A DNA stretch of 64,000 nucleotides from the NCBI GenBank assembly GCA_030248215.1, contig JASANG010002365.1, positions 434,001 through 498,000 of the forward strand. Direction: 5' to 3'. Positions 36,809 through 64,000 of the stretch are shown here, piece by piece. The notes under the pieces are model-generated. The model saw nothing but the letters and a program-made list of their open reading frames with translations, ran no database searches and was not told where the DNA came from. The position numbers were made by a program, and so were the translations under genes. The stretch is from Enoplolaimus lenunculus (Eukaryota). Numbering within the stretch: position 1 is the first letter of the stretch; each line of letters begins with the position of its first letter.

Positions 36809-38935
36809 CTACAGTTTCCTGATTCAAAAATTCAAATTTCAAATCCTATTATATGATATTCAACAGAACAATATGGGTATGTTACGTCAAGTATGAAGTA
36901 ATATATCATATGATATTCGCAAACAATACATAAAATATCATATGATTTTGGAGAACAATTTGGCCTATACACGACGATTGCAGACAAATACGACTTTTTG
37001 AACACGATATATGGTCTATAAATAAGCAGATAAACATGTTACCCAATAATCTAATAGGGACAAATCATATCCCAAGCTGTCCCAGTTATAACGTGAACCC
37101 CGCAACAGGTCGTCGTTTTCGAACCAGCGAGTGGCGATGTTCGACCTTTATTCCAACTTGACTTGAACATGAATACTTCTAGCTGTATATACGGGATGAT
37201 CAGGTTTACTTTCTATAGAATGTGCCTATGTTGCATACAATGGCCCATGTATAGATCAAAGGCGGGCTGTTGTTTCGCGGGGTTCCAAAAGTGTTAGCTT
37301 AATCGTTAGGCTAAATTTTGCCTAGACTTTAGCTTACTCTTAGGCTTAGGCTTAGGTATAAAAAGAATTATCCTTACACTACAGGCATAGGCTTTCAACG
37401 TCAACAGTACTTTTGACACAACTACACAACCAATTCGATATGCGTGAAAATTTATTAGCGAAAAGTAAACGAACATAGTAAAGCACTTAAAGTACAAATA
37501 TTGTCTAAAATTTTAGAATGTCAGTAAAAAATAGTTGAACTCTGCCGAAAATAGGACATTTGTCGGTTAAAAGATGCCGTCTATTCATTTATGAATATTC
37601 GCAACTAAAGTTATTAATTATATTTTTAATTTCATTAACAATGGCCCATGTAAAGATCAAGGGCGGAACGTTTTATGCAGGACTGTAATAGAGTAAAAGT
37701 TAAGCGTTTGACAACTTTTTTGCTTAACCTTAGGCTTAGGCTTAGGGCTAAGCTCATTTTTACGCTTAAGCTTAGGCTTAAGCTTAGGAATACGCTTATA
37801 GACATTTCTGTTACTGTCTCCTTTGCTTATATACTACTGTTACTGTCCTGTCTTATACGTTGACTCAAACTGTCAAGAATTTTTCACATTTACAATAAAG
37901 GTCAGTTTTAAAGCTACCGAATCGTTCATTTATGATAATTTGAAAAATTATACTTCAAAGTTTAATTTTAGTTAAAATCAGCTATATTTGTTGTGTGCCA
38001 TTTTGAAAATTTCAAGCAAAAAATATCACTATCGTATGTTACGATTCCACAAATTGTATCATATTCTTCCGTTGTTTTGCGCTCCAAAATGATGTTTGCC
38101 GTTACAAATTCCAAACATAAATTTAATATTACAACTATTTTATCACAGCCAATTTTCTTCATTGAATTCACCGTTGAACTGAACCACAACAACCACTCAC
38201 GAACGGTACACGACGCCAAAGTCAACTTGAATTTTTTTACATTATGTGATTAAAATTATTTAAAATTACCCGTCCATAGCGCAATGGCACAGTACTAAAC
38301 TAGTTTCTGAGTCTAAAATTTATTAAAGTTAACATAATACAATTATTAGGATAATAAATAACCGGTATACGGAACAAACAGCTGTGTTATTGTTTAAATC
38401 CTTAACCAGCCTACATTATTGTTAATTGTTTTAAATAATAATTATTATTATATTATTATTATCAGTAGTAGTATTATCATTAATGTTTCTTAAATTCAAA
38501 TAACGAAAAACTATTTTTCAGCTCAAAATTCATACAAAACGGTTTTAACATTAATATTAAAATTTGTGTATTTTTCAGCCAATCAGCATCTCGCACTCAG
38601 TTATCGATGCTTTAAAAAACCACAGTAAAACCATATTTTGCGTTGGATCCAATAGCGTTGAACACACCCCACAAAAACCTTAATATTAATCAGGATTTTC
38701 AAATTTTGCACTATCCACTATGCCGACACACACACTCCACTGCTAAAAACGTCCACCAACTGGGATTCGACCAAAAATTATAAAACAAATCGTTTGTGCC
38801 CTGAGGCAGCAAAAATTCTACGTTTCGAAATCTGCAAATATGACAGTTTTCCGTTTGATTTACAATTATTGTCTTCCGGTCAAATTAATAACATTTTGAG
38901 CACTGAACAAATTTACCAGCAAAAAACGTATTTAA

Positions 38936-64000
<25,065 letters not shown>

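Overview
AT-rich, intron- and repeat-rich animal genomic DNA. It is most likely nematode (inference from TTAGGC repeats, TTTTCAG-type acceptors and zig/ins-1/gcy-28-like genes). Three host genes were rebuilt by hand from splice sites: (1) a secreted two-Ig-domain ZIG/Imp-L2-like protein on + (~1472-9025, 5' end not found); (2) a convergent two-exon INS-1-like insulin-like peptide on - (12679-10694); (3) a 22-exon natriuretic-peptide-receptor/GCY-28-like receptor guanylyl cyclase on - (window end to 38936) with a polyQ tail. Between them is a 9.8-kb nested mobile element (22395-32189) with ~300-bp terminal inverted repeats, TGTGA...TCACA ends and a 5-bp target-site duplication (TSD). It contains the 3' half of a Ty3/gypsy element: RNase H-integrase, then a splice-acceptor-led ORF in the env position encoding a NADAR (YbiA-like) domain fused to an SGNH-like domain, then a short candidate LTR. 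Two later insertions sit inside it: a 2.4-kb solo-LTR-like element with TG...TA ends (second copy at 34678-36808) and a 4.2-kb GG...CC foldback element with an 8-bp TSD. The rest is MITEs, many carrying TTAGGC repeats, and tandem arrays that often abut splice sites. All calls come from motif recognition by eye; no database searches were run.
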